64,000 bases of DNA from Felis catus (GCF_018350175.1 NC_058368.1:55430001-55494000), one strand, 5' to 3'. Shown: positions 21,275 to 35,558, numbered from the stretch's first letter. The notes: generated from the sequence alone by a model not told the origin. Numbers and translations: made by a program.

Positions 21275-24214
21275 TCTGCGCACTTCAGATAACAGTTGAT
21301 TAATTTTTCCCTTGTAAATGGGTATTATAGTATAATTTTATCCATGAAGCTAATTGGAGAGTTAAAATTATTATGTTTTCAAAACTCAGTCACCCAAAGT
21401 CTTCTATAAATATTTTCTCTAGAATATGGCACAATACATTTTTTAAAATTTATTAAAATTCTAATTGTCAATTTCAGGAATCAGCTTAAAATGCTTTATT
21501 TGAAGGTCCAAATGTTTTCTTGCTGTATTCTTAAAGATTTTCTTAGAAACCATCTACAGATAATTGGTTGATATCATGGTTTTGTTTATAGTATGATCTG
21601 ACACATTTGGCAATGATTCCCTTTTGATATACACCATTATTAAAAAATGCCTCCTTATTTATGGACAGTTTGTTATTTTGAACCTGAAGACATAACAATG
21701 TAATGTAAAGAAATATCGTCACTCCCTTTTTGGAAAAGAAAGAAATGAAAAGTGAAAATTTTCTAATACAAGCAGTTCACTTGAATTACAGAAATGAGTT
21801 CCAAATAAATGCAAAAGATGGAAGAAATAGGGGATCAGTAAGTGATACAATATTTATTCTATGAGCTTATTATGTGAATTATGGCTTATTTGTATTGCAG
21901 ACACAGCAATGTGGGACATTTACAGAAAAGATAAATTTATATCTTTGAGTAAAAAATATATCTATATATTTTAGCAAGCTTTGTAAAATGATGATTGTAT
22001 TGCAGAAACAAACACACAAAAAGCATAATACTTGGCGCTAGAAAGGGACATCTGGGATAATCACAGCAACTGGCTTCTATGACACTACTTGACAAGACTA
22101 TCTGGCAACAATCTGTTTAACAATTTGACCAATGAAAGCAAATTGGATACAAATAGCCTGTGATCAGTGGAGGAACTGACTGGACAATGAAGTTGGCAGA
22201 AAGACAGGATGTTATAAAATGGTAGCGCCTTTGAATTGTAAACAGCCTAAGAAAAGGGCTTAGGAAGTCATGGAAGTCTAAAGAGTTTTAAATTTTAATA
22301 ACTGAACCACGTGTTTGATTTTTAACTTATCAAAGTCTTTTTTATTCACAAAATTATATCATCTCCGCAATCCAGGTTTCTTGTTGGCATCTCAAAAAAT
22401 CTTATTTTCAGTCACTATACTAAAATCTGCATACCTTTTATCAGGCCTCCCTAGCATTTAGAAGGCAAAGATCTACATAACTCTCTCTCCACAAGGGGGC
22501 TCAGGTTAAAATGTCAGAATCTATCCTGGCAGTGTTCTGAATCCCCCATGCTTTCCACCAGTCAAGTGCAAATGTGCATTTTGCATCATTGTCACTGACA
22601 TTCTATTGTCCCATTATATGCTAGGAAAACTGCTTCATACTGCTTCTTTAAAACTCATCCAAAGAATTACCTCTCTATTATTCTTCATCTTTATAACCCA
22701 CCTACTTTACTTCATTAGATTCCTTAATACATAAACTTTTAAATATACATTTCTCCACATATTTTGAAATAATTGGAGCAGGGCTGTGTCTTATTTACTA
22801 CTGGGCAACTAGTATATAAAATATCAGATACTAAAGACCCAATTCATTTGGAATGGATGATTACTAGTGCTAAGAATTCATCTTATTTACTCATCGTTAT
22901 TTTCTTTCACATGGCATAGATCTTAAGAAAAAACATTTAACATATTCTTATGAATGACTTTATGAACTTGCTTTTTAACCTATATAGGAATTTTCTGAGG
23001 GTTTTATTGATTTTTAATCTGGCTTTGTTAGCCACTCTTAAAGTGTACTTCTTAGCGTCCTTAACATATATCAATTCTGAAATGCTGCCCACGTATTATT
23101 TTCAAAAGTTCTTTTACTTCTTAAACATAATCTAAGCCTATAGGGAGTTAAAAAGATCTTGAAGATATTCTCTTAAAACTTTCTAAAGAGAATTTACAGT
23201 AATATCCCTTCAGCTCCACCAAATAACCCTGGAACTCCTTCTATGAGGCAATGAGCTCAGAACCATCTACAATGATTAGTAAGAAAACCCAGAGCTATTA
23301 CTCATTCAGTCATTACCAGGAAAACATGGCTTCCTTTAATCTTACATTGAGAGATATACAAGAATCTAATGACAAAGTACTTGGAGTAGAGACTCAGGAA
23401 GAATATAAAGAAATAATCTCTAAGTTTTGATTCCTTTCTGGAAAAGTTCCTTTAACCTTTTATTTAAAAGACTCATCTCCACTCCTAAACTCCTCTTTAT
23501 ATGGTTTCCTTGGTGCAAAGCAATACACATTAAAATACAGTCACATCAAATAATTATTTTTCAATTTCACATCTCCATTAGCTATGTGACTAAGCACATT
23601 ACTTATTCCCTCTGTGAAACAGTTTTCTCACATTTAGAACAAATGGTTTTGACATAAAAGATATATATTATTCTTTTTTAACTTTAAAATTTTATTCCTG
23701 AAGTTGAAAAAATATTTTAAAATATCCCTGAGTGACATTTAGCAGTAACTTGTCAAAATGAAATTGGATTATTGCAACCTGCTTAAAACAAATTTCCATT
23801 AGAAACTCCAAAACATCAATGCACATCCAATTGTATTATTCTGTGCCTGTATGAAATTTATCCCGTTTTACTTAATGAGATTTACTGTAGAGGAATGAAT
23901 TTTTTTTCACTGTGATTTGATGTGAACAGATCAAAACAGTGAAATATCTACAACAGTAGGTAAAATGAAATATGAACAGAAACATAGTTTTACATTTAAC
24001 ATTGAATGACTCCATCTTAGTTTTCCCCCCCAATAATTTTACAATAGTTTCTTGTATATATAGAATATGGCACTGAGTTGAAAATTACTAAAAGTTTCAG
24101 AATAATTTAATTTGGTATATATGTGACTAAAGAAAACTCAGTAAAATAACCATCCTTAGATAAAATAATATAATTCAGATATTAATTTCTATTTCTGCAT
24201 TAATTTTAGATATT

Positions 24215-24444
24215 TTTAAATATTCTTTTTTTAATGTTTGTTTATTTTTGAGAGAGAGAGAGAGAGAGAGAGTGCACATGTGCACATGTGTGGAGAAGGG
24301 GCAGAGAGACAGGGAGACACAGAATCCCAAGCAAGCCTCTGCATTGTCAGCACAAAGCCCGATGTGGGGCTCCCACCCATGATCATGAGATCATGACCTG
24401 AGCTGAAGTCAGACACTCAACTGACTGAACCACCCAGGTGCCCC
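24215..24444 (-). mobile_element. Can-SINE
   Basis: SINE head, (GA)n region and T-rich tail. Confidence 0.93.
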
Positions 24445-25687
24445 TAGGTACGTTTATGATCAATGATGAAATAGCTTTTGCAAATGAAAGATTTTAGTTG
24501 CTGGCAGTTACTATATCACCTAGCTTAATTCTCTAAATGTGTTTCTTGGAAAATAGGGTAATATGGATATGATGTAGTTATATATTTTTTTAAAAAGTCT
24601 ACCCATAGTACATCAAGGCTTCTATACAACAAAAGAGAAACAAAAAATTTTTGCAAAATTATGTGCTAAATAACCCACACCCCTGTAGATAAAATCTAGT
24701 ATGAAATGGTAGTAAGGAGCTAAACCATACAATTTTGCAGCTGAATCCATTCAATCCAATAATAATATATTGACTACTACTTTGTAAAAAGCATTGCATT
24801 ATTATAAGGATCTCCTATGTCCAGTATATTGAAAGTTTACTCAATAAGAATCAGTAAGCTAATAGATGTCACATAATACTTAAACATAATAGATAACCAA
24901 CACTCTATAAATACCTAATAGCTATTAATAATTTCCATTGTATGAAAGCATCAGGTTCTTAGCACACTAGATTTTTGAATATTCATTGAGGATAATAGGA
25001 ATGAAGACAATTCAAAAATTCTATTAAAGTGGCACAATACAGAATTAAGAGTAAAATAATTAAAAATATACAATTTTAAACCTAGACAAAAACTGCTAAG
25101 AAACTGTAAAATGAGAAAATATAGAGAGTGAATTTGGAATTTTCCAAAGTGACAGTCCTTGGGTTCTTCTTAACAAGAGTTACTATAGAAGCATAAAGAG
25201 GTATTTTATTTGTGTGAATTCAGGAGCAAATGAGAGCTTGGGAAGTAGAGCTGACAGGTATAAATATAAACTGAAACTAATCAGGATAATAATCATAAAT
25301 CTTATGGTGCATAAATTGAAAATCAGTAGACACTTACATTATTATAGTATTTTGCAGCTATTCCTTAAAATATTTTCTAAATAATAATTGGCCATTTTTA
25401 GGCAATGTTCTTCACAATATATTTTCTAAAAAATCTAGTTTTAGGTGATGATTAGCATAATCCATACCCTTGTAATTGTGAAGAAGCTAAATAAGGTCTC
25501 ATGAAAGGTATCAAAATTATAATTCTGGAAATAAGTATTAGTTTTGATTATTTTCATCTAATTCCCTCATTTTATTTTAACCACATTTTATCAGTCCTTT
25601 CTATTGATTTTCAATATAAAAATTAACTTTGGTTTAAGATTTAGGCATTACACTATGGTCCAAAATTACCCAGGGTTCCTGGATTTT

Positions 25688-26257
25688 TTTTAATGACTAT
25701 TTTTTAGAGTAGTTTTAGATTCACAACAAACTTGAAGGGAAAGTACAGAGATTTCCCATATGCTCCTTTTCCCTACTCATGCATGGCCTCCCTCATTGTC
25801 GTAAGCCCCCACCAGAGTAGCCACAACTAATGAACGTACACAGATTGATCATTATCTTCCAAAGTCCAGAGTTTACCTTATAGTTCATCTGTGTTGTACA
25901 TTCTATTGGCTTGGACAAATATATAATGGCATATATTGATCATTATGACATTCTACTGAGTATTTTCATTGCCCTATAAATTCTCTGTGCTCTTTGTATT
26001 CATCCCTCTCCCACTCCCAACCACTGACTTTTCCCCATCTTCACAGTTTTCCCTTTTCCAGAATGTCATGTGTTTGGAATCATACAGCATGTAGCCTTTT
26101 CATATTGGCTTCTTTTACTTAGTAATATGAATTTAAGTTTTCTCCATATGTTTAAATGACTTGATAACTCATTCCTATATAGTCTGAATTCCATTGCCCA
26201 GATGTACAATGATTTATTTAACCATTCACCAACTAAGGGAAATGTTGGTTGTGCATT
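25688..26257 (-). mobile_element. 5'-truncated L1MC1-like 3' end
   Basis: tttttagagtagttttagattcaca...agtacagagatttcccatat...ggaatcatacagcatgtagcctttt; flanking ctggatttt at 25679-25687 and 26258-26266. Confidence 0.8.
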
Positions 26258-27902
26258 CTGGATTTTCTACTTGTAGTCTGCCATAAGTAAGTGTATAACT
26301 TGTATAACTAATAAAAATGAAGTGTAAAAATGAATTTGAGTGTCAAATGACATTTCACATAACTTCAAATTTGCTAATTATTTTAGGGAAAACAAGAACT
26401 TTAATGGCAAGGTGGTAAAAATTCTCCTATATCCCAGGTCTCAGGTCTTTTTCCAATAAAGTATTTTTACCCATTTCCCTTCTTTACTTTTATTTATTTA
26501 TCTTTTTGGTAAATAGCCCAAATATGATTACAAAATCTGACCATATAACTAATGATAAAAAGATTATTGTTTCATTTTCTTGATCAAATTTAGAAAGAAG
26601 AGTACAATGCGTAATTGACAACAAAAATAAATAATTAATGCAATCATGTACATATATATTTTGAGTCTAAAATTTCCTATTCACTAATTTAAAAGGTCAG
26701 TATTTCTTGATAATTATATCTAATTTTTATTTTAAATAAATAAAAGTAATACACACGCATGTGCACTACAGATCCTACTTGTATATTTGAAAGATCTTCT
26801 AAATATTTAACATTTTTCTGTTTTCATACACTCTCTTTGATAAAATATAATTTTCTTCTCAATAAACGCCCAAACACAAATCTCAATAAAGTGATATATG
26901 ATGTATTTTAGAACTGGTATGTAAAGTGGAATTTATTTTATTTGTACTCCAATTATTTTATTTGTACTCCAATTGTATAATACATACAAAAAGCTTTTTT
27001 TCTTCAAAGTATAAAATGCTCATAGGTAGCAGAGAGTGATGTGCTAGAGAAATAAATTACTAAATATTAACATGAATCACTTCAGAAATATTCCTTTTCT
27101 AAATATGATTTAAAAATATTTTTAAATGTTTTAATTTAACATATCCATAAGATAACTGAGCAAACATAAATGTAATCATTATTAATACCACTTAAATAGT
27201 ATTCATATAAATAACACATTATAGAATTATATTTATTGCTGTTTTTATTATCATTTTAATTTTTCTAGTTTTTAAAACTGTCTCTAGTATAAAGGATACA
27301 ATTTTAGTTTATTAAAGGAAAAAGTAATACATTAAATGTTATGCTGCATTACTTTCCTGAGAGAGTAATACACACACACACAAAAACAAAACCAGAGATT
27401 ATTTAAAATTAGAGATTTTTTGGTAACATGAGTGACTGTTTCAAAAATAAGTGTATTTACCACTCTTGCTACGAAGCAAATCTGTAACAATTTGTGATTT
27501 GATGCCATGTCAAATACTTTTTATATGAAATATATATGCAAATCCATTAAAGAAAAAAGTTTCTCAGGCATACCATGATTCCTAAATTAATTTTTGAGGA
27601 AGATGTGAATAACAACCAGAAAGCTTTCTTTTTCTGGTTCCATAGCTATTTCATAAAATAAGAATGAGAAAGACAAACTCAATTGCTCTTTGGAAATAAA
27701 TGTCAGCAAATCAAATGATATGTGAATAATATTGTTCCATGTCTTGAAGAATATGTTTACAGTGCACATTTGCTTGAGCATATTAGTATAGTGCAAAATT
27801 GTTGTGTGCAAAAATGTAAGATTGCATATAAAACTATCACTGCTGAAGTATCTTTTAAACTTATTTCAACAAATATTACCTACCGTTATAAGATTAAATA
27901 CA

Positions 27903-28079
27903 GGGGCACCTGGTGACTCAGTTGGTTAAGCCTGCTACTTTGGCTCAGGTTGTGATCTCACAGTTCCTGAGTTTGAGCCTCTATCTGGCTCTGTGCTGAC
28001 AGAGGACAGCCCGCTCTGGATCCTCGGTCTCCCTCTCTCTCTGCCCCTCCCCCCTTCTCTAAGAATAAACTTAAAAGAA
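27903..28079 (+). mobile_element. Can-SINE
   Basis: Head ggggcacctgg; flanking gattaaata repeat. Confidence 0.9.
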
Positions 28080-28974
28080 ATGATTAAATATAAAATATTT
28101 AGCTTAGCCTGGAGATTTATTAAAATACTAGTGATTATCATAGCCTTCCAATGTAGTAAAATTAACATGTTTGATTTCTGCTGTGCCTTAGACCTGCTTG
28201 AGGAGATTGCATGCATTAGATTCATTTATTCATCACATGTTTATGTAGTAAATATTGTTATATTACAATATGAAGAAAATAAGGTGCATAAATAGAGTAC
28301 AACTTTAAGTCACAGAGCTAATAAGTTATCTCTTAACTGTTTTGAAGCCAGGTTTACACACTAAAACCTGAACTCATAAAACTGATCCTATTAATTTCTC
28401 CCCTACAGTACTCCTTTCTATTTCATTCTCTGAAGGCTCTTCTCCACTACGGGTGAGCCAGATTTCAGCATGATAATTCTTGATAATATATTTACATCCT
28501 GCTGCTGAGAAGTTATGTTTTCCTAAAGTTATATTTAAAGAGTTTAGTTCTGTTAAATAAATACTTTTTCATCCATTCTGTGTTCCAAGCAGTACACTTG
28601 GTAATGGAGATATAAACAGGCATAGTCTCCTCTTCCTAATTTTTGACTGCTTGGTGGGCAATACAGACATTCAAAATGCAATTTCAATATACTATAGTAA
28701 GAACAATTAAAAAAAAAAGGGAGCTTGATTGAAATTAGATTATGTAAGGGGAAAACTTGGATTTTCTTTTCTACCTAAATTTCACTACATTACTGAAGTT
28801 TGGGGTTGTTTATTACTGCACTATAATTTATCAAACTTGATAGAAAAAATGTGGTATTTTAAAAAATCTAAATCAGATATCAGCAAACTTTCTCTGTAAA
28901 GGGCCACATGACAAACATTTTAGACTTTGTGGCCAAACATTTTCTATCATATGTTCTTTTTAGATTATTATTAC

Positions 28975-29845
28975 TAATAGAGTTTATTTTCTTAGAATTG
29001 TTTTAGATTTACAGAAAATATTTTTTAATGTTCATTTATTTTGAGAGTGAGAAATTGCATGCATGTGGAAGTTGGCGAGGGTCAGAGAGAGAGGGAGAGA
29101 GAGAATCCCAGGCAGGATTGGTGCTGTCAGCACAGAGCCCAACATGGGGCTCAGTCTCAAGAATCATGAGATCGTGACTGGAGCCAAAACCAAGAAGCGG
29201 ATGCTTAAACGACTGAGCCACCCAGGCATCCCTAGATTTATAGAAAATATTGAGCAGATAATACAGAATTTCTACATACCCTCTGCACAAAATTTTCCCT
29301 AATATTAATATCTTACGTTAATATGGTACATTTGTTATAAATAGGGGGTCAGTGCTGGCACATTATAAATTAAAGTCCATAAGGATTTACATCATTTTAG
29401 TCTTTCCTAATATCCTTTTCCTGTTCCATGATCCCATCCAGAATAACACATCACATGTACTTGCTGCATCTTATTAGGCTCCTCTTTGGCTGTGACAGTT
29501 TCTCAGACTTTCCTTGTTTTTCATGAATTTGCAAGGTTTAAGGTATTTTGCAATATATCTTGTAGTAGAATTATTCTAATATATTTTTTTCATTAGACTG
29601 GTGATATGGGTTTGGGAATGGACAATCACAGAGGAAAAGTACCATTATCATCATGTTGCTTCAAGGGTACACAATATCTACATAATTTATAGTTATTGAT
29701 GTTGACCTTGATTACCTTGCTAAGCTAGTGTTTCAGCTTTCTCCACTGTGATGTTACTCTTTTCCCCATTTCCATATTGTACTTTTTAGAGGGAAAATCA
29801 GTGTACACAGTTCACACTTAAGGTGTAATGAGTTATGCTTCCCCC
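28975..29845 (-). mobile_element. L1MC-type 3' fragment inside MER58
   Basis: ttttagatttacagaaaa...tgagcagataatacaga...gatcccatccag...gacagtttctcagactttccttg. Confidence 0.75.
29023..29232 (-). mobile_element. Can-SINE
   Basis: TSD tagattta(c/t)agaaaatatt. Confidence 0.93.
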
Positions 29846-29884
29846 CCTTTTTTTAATAACATTTAAAATGTAAAAAAATTCTTA

Positions 29885-30087
29885 TAATGTTTATTTATTA
29901 TATTTGAGAGAGACAGAGAACATGAACAGAGGAGGGGCAGAGAGAGAAGGAGACATAGAATCTGAAGCAGGCTCTAGGCACTGAGCTGTCAGCACAGAGC
30001 CTGATGCAGGGCTCAAACCCACAAACCCTGAGATCATGACCTGAGCCAAAGTTGGATGCTCAACCAACCTAGCCACCCAGGCACCCC
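29885..30087 (-). mobile_element. Can-SINE
   Basis: Flanking taaaatgtaaaaaaa(a)ttctta duplication. Confidence 0.93.
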
Positions 30088-31112
30088 TAAAATGTAAAAA
30101 AAATTCTTAGTTTATATGCAGTGGGATGGTTTTGGCCATTAGACCATAGTTTCCTGACTTCTGATCTAATTTTCTGATTATTTTTTTCTATTTATCATAA
30201 ATGGTATGTACAGAATATAAAAACAATATATAGTAAAATGTATTTCTAGGAATCTTTTTATTATTACTACAATTGCATTTAGGTTTAGAATATACTTGGA
30301 CTAATCTATATTTTTTTAGTTTGCAGTTTAACACATGCTTAAATATGTTACAGATACTTGAGATAAAGTAGAAGTTATAAATTCATACGTTTTTTCAGAC
30401 TGTTAAGCAAATTCCCCAACAATATGCATTGGATGATTGTTTGAGTTGTAGAGAAAGAGTTTGAAATCCATTCTTGGTCCACATAAAAAATTCTTAACCT
30501 TTATTTGATTCAGCACACATTATCTGCACTTTATAATAATTGGTTCAATAGAAAGATGCATATATTATTTATGAATTAACTGTAAAATCTTAAAATCAGC
30601 ATTATTTAAGAAGAGAAAATGAGAGTAATTCATCTCTCATAAATTGTGTATGTAATAGTAAAGAAATATTTTTCCTAGTATTTTAGAGAAGTTCTCCAAG
30701 TTGAAAATAAATATAAGATTCTAAAAGCCAAAAATTATAAGTCCTAAATATTCTTAATTAAAAAAAATCATAAATCCATGCACTTTTAGTTATCAGTTTT
30801 TCAGAAGGCTGTATGTATGTTATCTTTCTACTAATCTAACTCTATCATAACTTGTAAATATAATATTGGAGAGAGTATGATTTTGCAAGACTTCAATTTA
30901 TAGCCTCAGTAGAAACAGAAAGCTTTTTTTAAAGGTAAGAGTTTACTTATTCAGGTGCTGATTGAGGTTGTGAGAGAAAATTCAAAGCGGTATGACAATT
31001 TAAAAACCTTCATGATAAAACAGAAATATAAGAATATTTATTAATATATAAGATTTAGGACAAAAAATACACAAAATTTGATCCATGGTAAGAAAAAAAA
31101 ACATATTTTTCT

Positions 31113-31349
31113 TTTTTTTTCTTTTTTTTTTTTTAATTTTTTTTTTCAACGTTTATTTATTTTTGGGACAGAGAGAGACAGAGCATGAACAGGGGAGGGG
31201 CAGAGAGAGAGGGAGACACAGAATCGGAAACAGGCTCCAGGCTCTGAGCCATCAGCCCAGAGCCCGACGCGGGGCTCGAACTCACGGACCGCCAGATCGT
31301 GACCTGGTTGAAGTCGGACGCTCAACCGACTGCGCCACCCAGGCGCCCC
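31113..31349 (-). mobile_element. Young feline Can-SINE
   Basis: Perfect TSD aaaaaacatatttttct at 31096-31112 and 31350-31366. Confidence 0.97.
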
Positions 31350-32054
31350 AAAAAACATATTTTTCTATTTATATCTACGTTATACTTTTAAACCCTCCTT
31401 TACTTTGTGTAAGTGTAGATATCCCTAATAATGCTGTTTTAAAATACTCTCCTTTATAAATCTGGACTCTAAATGTTTAATTGTATCATTATGAAATATG
31501 ACCAAAATTTCATGTTCCACATAATTAGTCACATTGGAAAACACGTTTTAAGTTGGTACTATTAATCCAGAACAACTTGGTGGCAAAGAGATATGAGAGT
31601 GATAATCTGAAATTATCTTCAAATTTAGAAACTCAAGTTCTCTGGCTATTCTCAAATCATCTATAACTTTATAGTGAATGCAAAGCTGTTTATCCACTTA
31701 TGGATCTAATTATTAATTGTAAGTTTTAAAAATACATTATACTCAATTCCCTTATATAGAGCTAGGAGAATCAGAACTGATAAAGGTTAGGAGACTGTCA
31801 AACTAAGTCCCCTCAAATACATTGACTACAAAATTCAATGGTTAAATGAGGAGTCACAGGGTGGATACTAGCTATTTTTATAGTTTTATATAATAGGCAA
31901 TATTTCAACCCACGTCAAATAACACCCACTTCTTAGGGGCCCTAAGCATAGACCATAATCATGAAGATTCCCTTAGCAATTCTGTGTCTGTGAAAAGCTA
32001 TCACCAGGATAACTCTAATTCTATGAGGGAAAATAGACCTGAACACTAAAGCTA

Positions 32055-32976
32055 TCTCTGGAGACGAAGAAGGCAGTTACATAATGGTAAAAAGATCAAT
32101 TCAACAGGAAGATACAGCAATTAGAAGTACATATGCTCCCAACATCAGATCACCTAAATACATAAAGCAAATATTGTTAGATCTGAAGGAAGAATTTGAA
32201 AACAATACGATGAATGGATTACAATACACCACTTTTAATAATGAATAGATCATCAAGGCAGAAAATCAACAAAGAAACAGTTGACTTGAAAAATACTCAA
32301 TTTTACTTACTATCAGGAAATGCAAATTGCAATCACAAGGAGATATCACTTCACATCTATTAAAATGATATTATCAAAAACACAAAAGTGTTGGCAATGA
32401 TGTGGAAAAAATGGAATGCTTTAACATGATTGGTGAGAAAGTAAATTAGTATAGCCATAATGGAAAACTATGGCAGTTCCCCCCCAAAAAATTAAAAATT
32501 GAACTACATTATTATTCAGCAATCTCACTTCTGGGCATACATTCCAAAAATATTCAATCAGGACTTCAAAGAAATATCTGCACTCATTAAGTTGTACACA
32601 TAAAACTAATACAATGTTATAAATCAGTTATATCTAAAAAAAATAATTACTTTTGAAGGAAATCCTGCAATTTGTAACAACATGGATGAAACTGGAAATC
32701 ATTATGCTAAATGAAATAAGCCAGACACAGAAAGACAAATCTGTACGATTGCACTTGGAACATGTGGAATCTAAAATAGTCAAACTCATAAAAGCAGAAA
32801 GTAAAAAGGTGGTTGTCAGCAACTGGATGAAGGGGGAATGGGAGATATTGGCCAGAGTATAAAATTTCAGTTGTGCATGATGAAAAAGTTCTGGAGATCT
32901 AACATATAACAATGTGGCTATTGTTAACTATACCATATTGTTGAAATTTGCTGAGTTTCCATCTTAAGGGTTCTCA

Positions 32977-33018
<42 letters not shown>

Positions 33019-33155
33019 CTATAGGAGATGATGGATATACTGATTATCCTAATTGTAGCAATAACTTCACAATGTACATGTGTATCAAATCATTAAATTA
33101 TGCACCTGAAATATATACACGTTTTATTTGGCCATTATGCCTTAATAAAGCTGGG
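32055..33155 (+). mobile_element. L1MA-type LINE-1 fragment with large internal deletion
   Basis: EN-like coding (gatcaattcaacaggaagat, tatgctcccaac, aaaatcaacaaagaaaca) joined near 32290 to the ORF2 end and 3'UTR, finishing cttaataaagctggg. Confidence 0.8.
32978..33017. repeat. (CA)n microsatellite
   Basis: About 20 CA units. Confidence 0.95.
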
Positions 33156-34939
33156 TGGGGAGAGTAAGAAAGTTAAAATAATAGAGCACTGAGGCCAAAA
33201 ATGATGGTTTCTTGACAAAATTAATAAAATAGACTAAAATTCAGGAAATATGGAATACGACAAAAAAAAATTAGACTTACATTGTGTATGCCCAGTGCCA
33301 AGACCAATGTAATTCTTTTCATCTTTATCAGTTTAGTTTATCTTTATCAATTTAGTTTGATGCTCTATGTTGTTATCATTACTGCTTCTAATTTTCAGGC
33401 ACAAGATAGAAATGCAATGTCTCTACCATGTTTGTTTTTAGCTGTGGCCATGGGACTTGCTTTTTCCAATTAAATATAGTCAGAATTGGCATTTGTTAAT
33501 TCTGGGCAGAGGCTCTGAAAGCCATTTTATAACACACCATATTTGTTTTTTACCATACAGGGATTGTGCAAGTGCACATCAGAAAAATTATATAAAACCT
33601 GAATATTAGAAAATAAGGCAAAAAGGTGGGTGGCATGGCCTTTCAGTGACATGTGAAGATGGAGAGCAACCAAAGTCTGTTAAGAGGTTTTGGCTCTTGA
33701 AGACAGCTTCCAGCCTGTACAAAATTGTGTCACTTCAACTTAAAATGATCTTTGAGGCCCTATTGGAGAAAAACAAATTGAAAAAAAACTATGTGATTCC
33801 CAAGGAAGGTATATTTTCCGATACCTACTTCAGATATGGTCAAAAATATTTTTTCTTGCCAAGGTCCTGAGTGCACAAAAATACTGGCTATTTTCTTAAG
33901 ATCAATGTACTATGAAACTTGCGAGAAAAAATCAAAATGTGTAAAAAAGGTAAGAGTTTCTGGGGAGAAGAAATGTTTTTACATGTATATGTGTATATGT
34001 TAGAGGAGTGGTGATAGTGCTTTTGACCTTGGTCAGTACCTGGATTGTCATGGTGTGTGTGTGGGTGTATGGGTGTGTATGTGTGTGAAACATGGAAAGA
34101 ATACTGGCTCTCTGCCCTGACTTTTCACCTGCCATTGCTTTTGAGTAATCACTTCCTGCCCATACACCAGTGATAACTCATACCACTATTTCTGGCATTT
34201 CAGTGATAACTGGTCAGAAGACACAAAATGGTGAGCTGACAAACCATGTTGAAATTGACCAGGACAAATTAATATCAATTTGGATTTTCAAATAAGTGAG
34301 AAAGCCATGTCATACTTTAAGTTTGACATCTTATTTAAATGAATTTCAGTTATGGACTTGGGGAAAATATGTATGTTATTAAGGAAAAATAAGTTATATT
34401 TTAAAAATTATGACATTGAAATTCAAAGAAGTATTCTTTCCTTACTTATTTATTCACATATATCATTGTTTTTGCTATGTGAGTTTTTTTTATGTTCCTG
34501 CACTAATATCACACTATTCAGTAAAGTAGTAATACACTTAATTGATTGTGTTGCAAACATTCACTTCTCATTTTTTTTTACAGAAATGTTTTTAACTATT
34601 TGCATTGAATTATTCTTTCAGGTGAACTTTAGAAACACTTGGTCACATTTAAAAATTATTTTAGTATTTTTTTGAAATACTAAACTTATAATTTTTATGA
34701 AACCCTTATATAAATAATTATATTACAATAGTGATAATGTTTTGAAGGAAAAGTGGAAAATGTGAAAGCGATGTCAAAGTTTAGTTAAAATTTTATCTAT
34801 AAGATGATATTTAAACTGATATCTAAAGGATGAATAACTATGTAAATATCGATTTTTATATTTTTACTTTGTAAGTGGACACTTTAGTGAATCTTATTTC
34901 TAGGTATAATAGCTTTTAAATTGATTTCTCTAAGGTTTA

Positions 34940-35289
34940 TTTTATTTTATTTTTTTATTTTTTATTTTTTATTTTTTTTTCGTATTCAAGTAAAGCTTTT
35001 TAATTTAATTTTTAGAAATATATAATTCCATCAGAGAAAAATAAATGAAAGTAAGAGTTTCAACAAATAGGAAATGAAGATGGAATCTTGTTATTGCTCA
35101 GTTATACCATCCCTTCTAAAGAGGTTGAAGAAGTTAATCTAAGTTTGGAGAATAAAAAATCAGCTTTCCCTTATGGCGCTTTACAGACCCACAAATGGCA
35201 AAATCATTTATGAGATTTGTTAGATTGTACCTGTGGAGACATTTTATACTCTTTTTTTTTTTTTTTTTTTTTTGTTGTTGAATGAGTAA
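34940..35289 (-). other. L1 3'-transduced sequence (short tag + poly(A) + ~270-bp unique DNA + poly(A))
   Basis: Lies between the L1 poly(A) and the distal TSD copy at 34923-34939. ATTAAA occurs twice on the - strand (34999-35009), just upstream of the terminal poly(A). Confidence 0.88.
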
Positions 35290-35558
35290 TTTTATTTTAT
35301 TTTATTTTTTTTTGTTTTTTTTTTGTTTTTTTTTTATATGAAATTTATTGACAAATTGGTTTCCATACAACACCCAGTGCTCATCCCAAAAGGTGCCCTC
35401 CTCAATACCCATCACCCACCCTCTCCTCCCTCCCACCCCCCATCAACCCTCAGTTTGTTCTCAGTTTTTAAGAGTCTCTTATGCTTTGGCTCTCTCCCAC
35501 TCTAACCTGTTTTTTTTTTTTTTTCCTTCCCCTCCCCCATGGGTTCCTGTTAAGTTTC

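Larger units (their letters stand above)
28874..30163 (+). mobile_element. hAT-Charlie MER58-like MITE split by L1MC and SINE insertions
   Basis: 5' end cagatatcagcaaactttctctgtaaagggcca; 3' end ccatagtttcctgacttctg. 8-bp TSD atctaaat (28866-28873) / atctaatt (30164-30171). Confidence 0.75.

Noticed and set aside
26932..26973. 20-bp tandem duplication (also an 11-bp one at 60293-60314)
   Set aside because: Ordinary short slippage duplications with no further structure.
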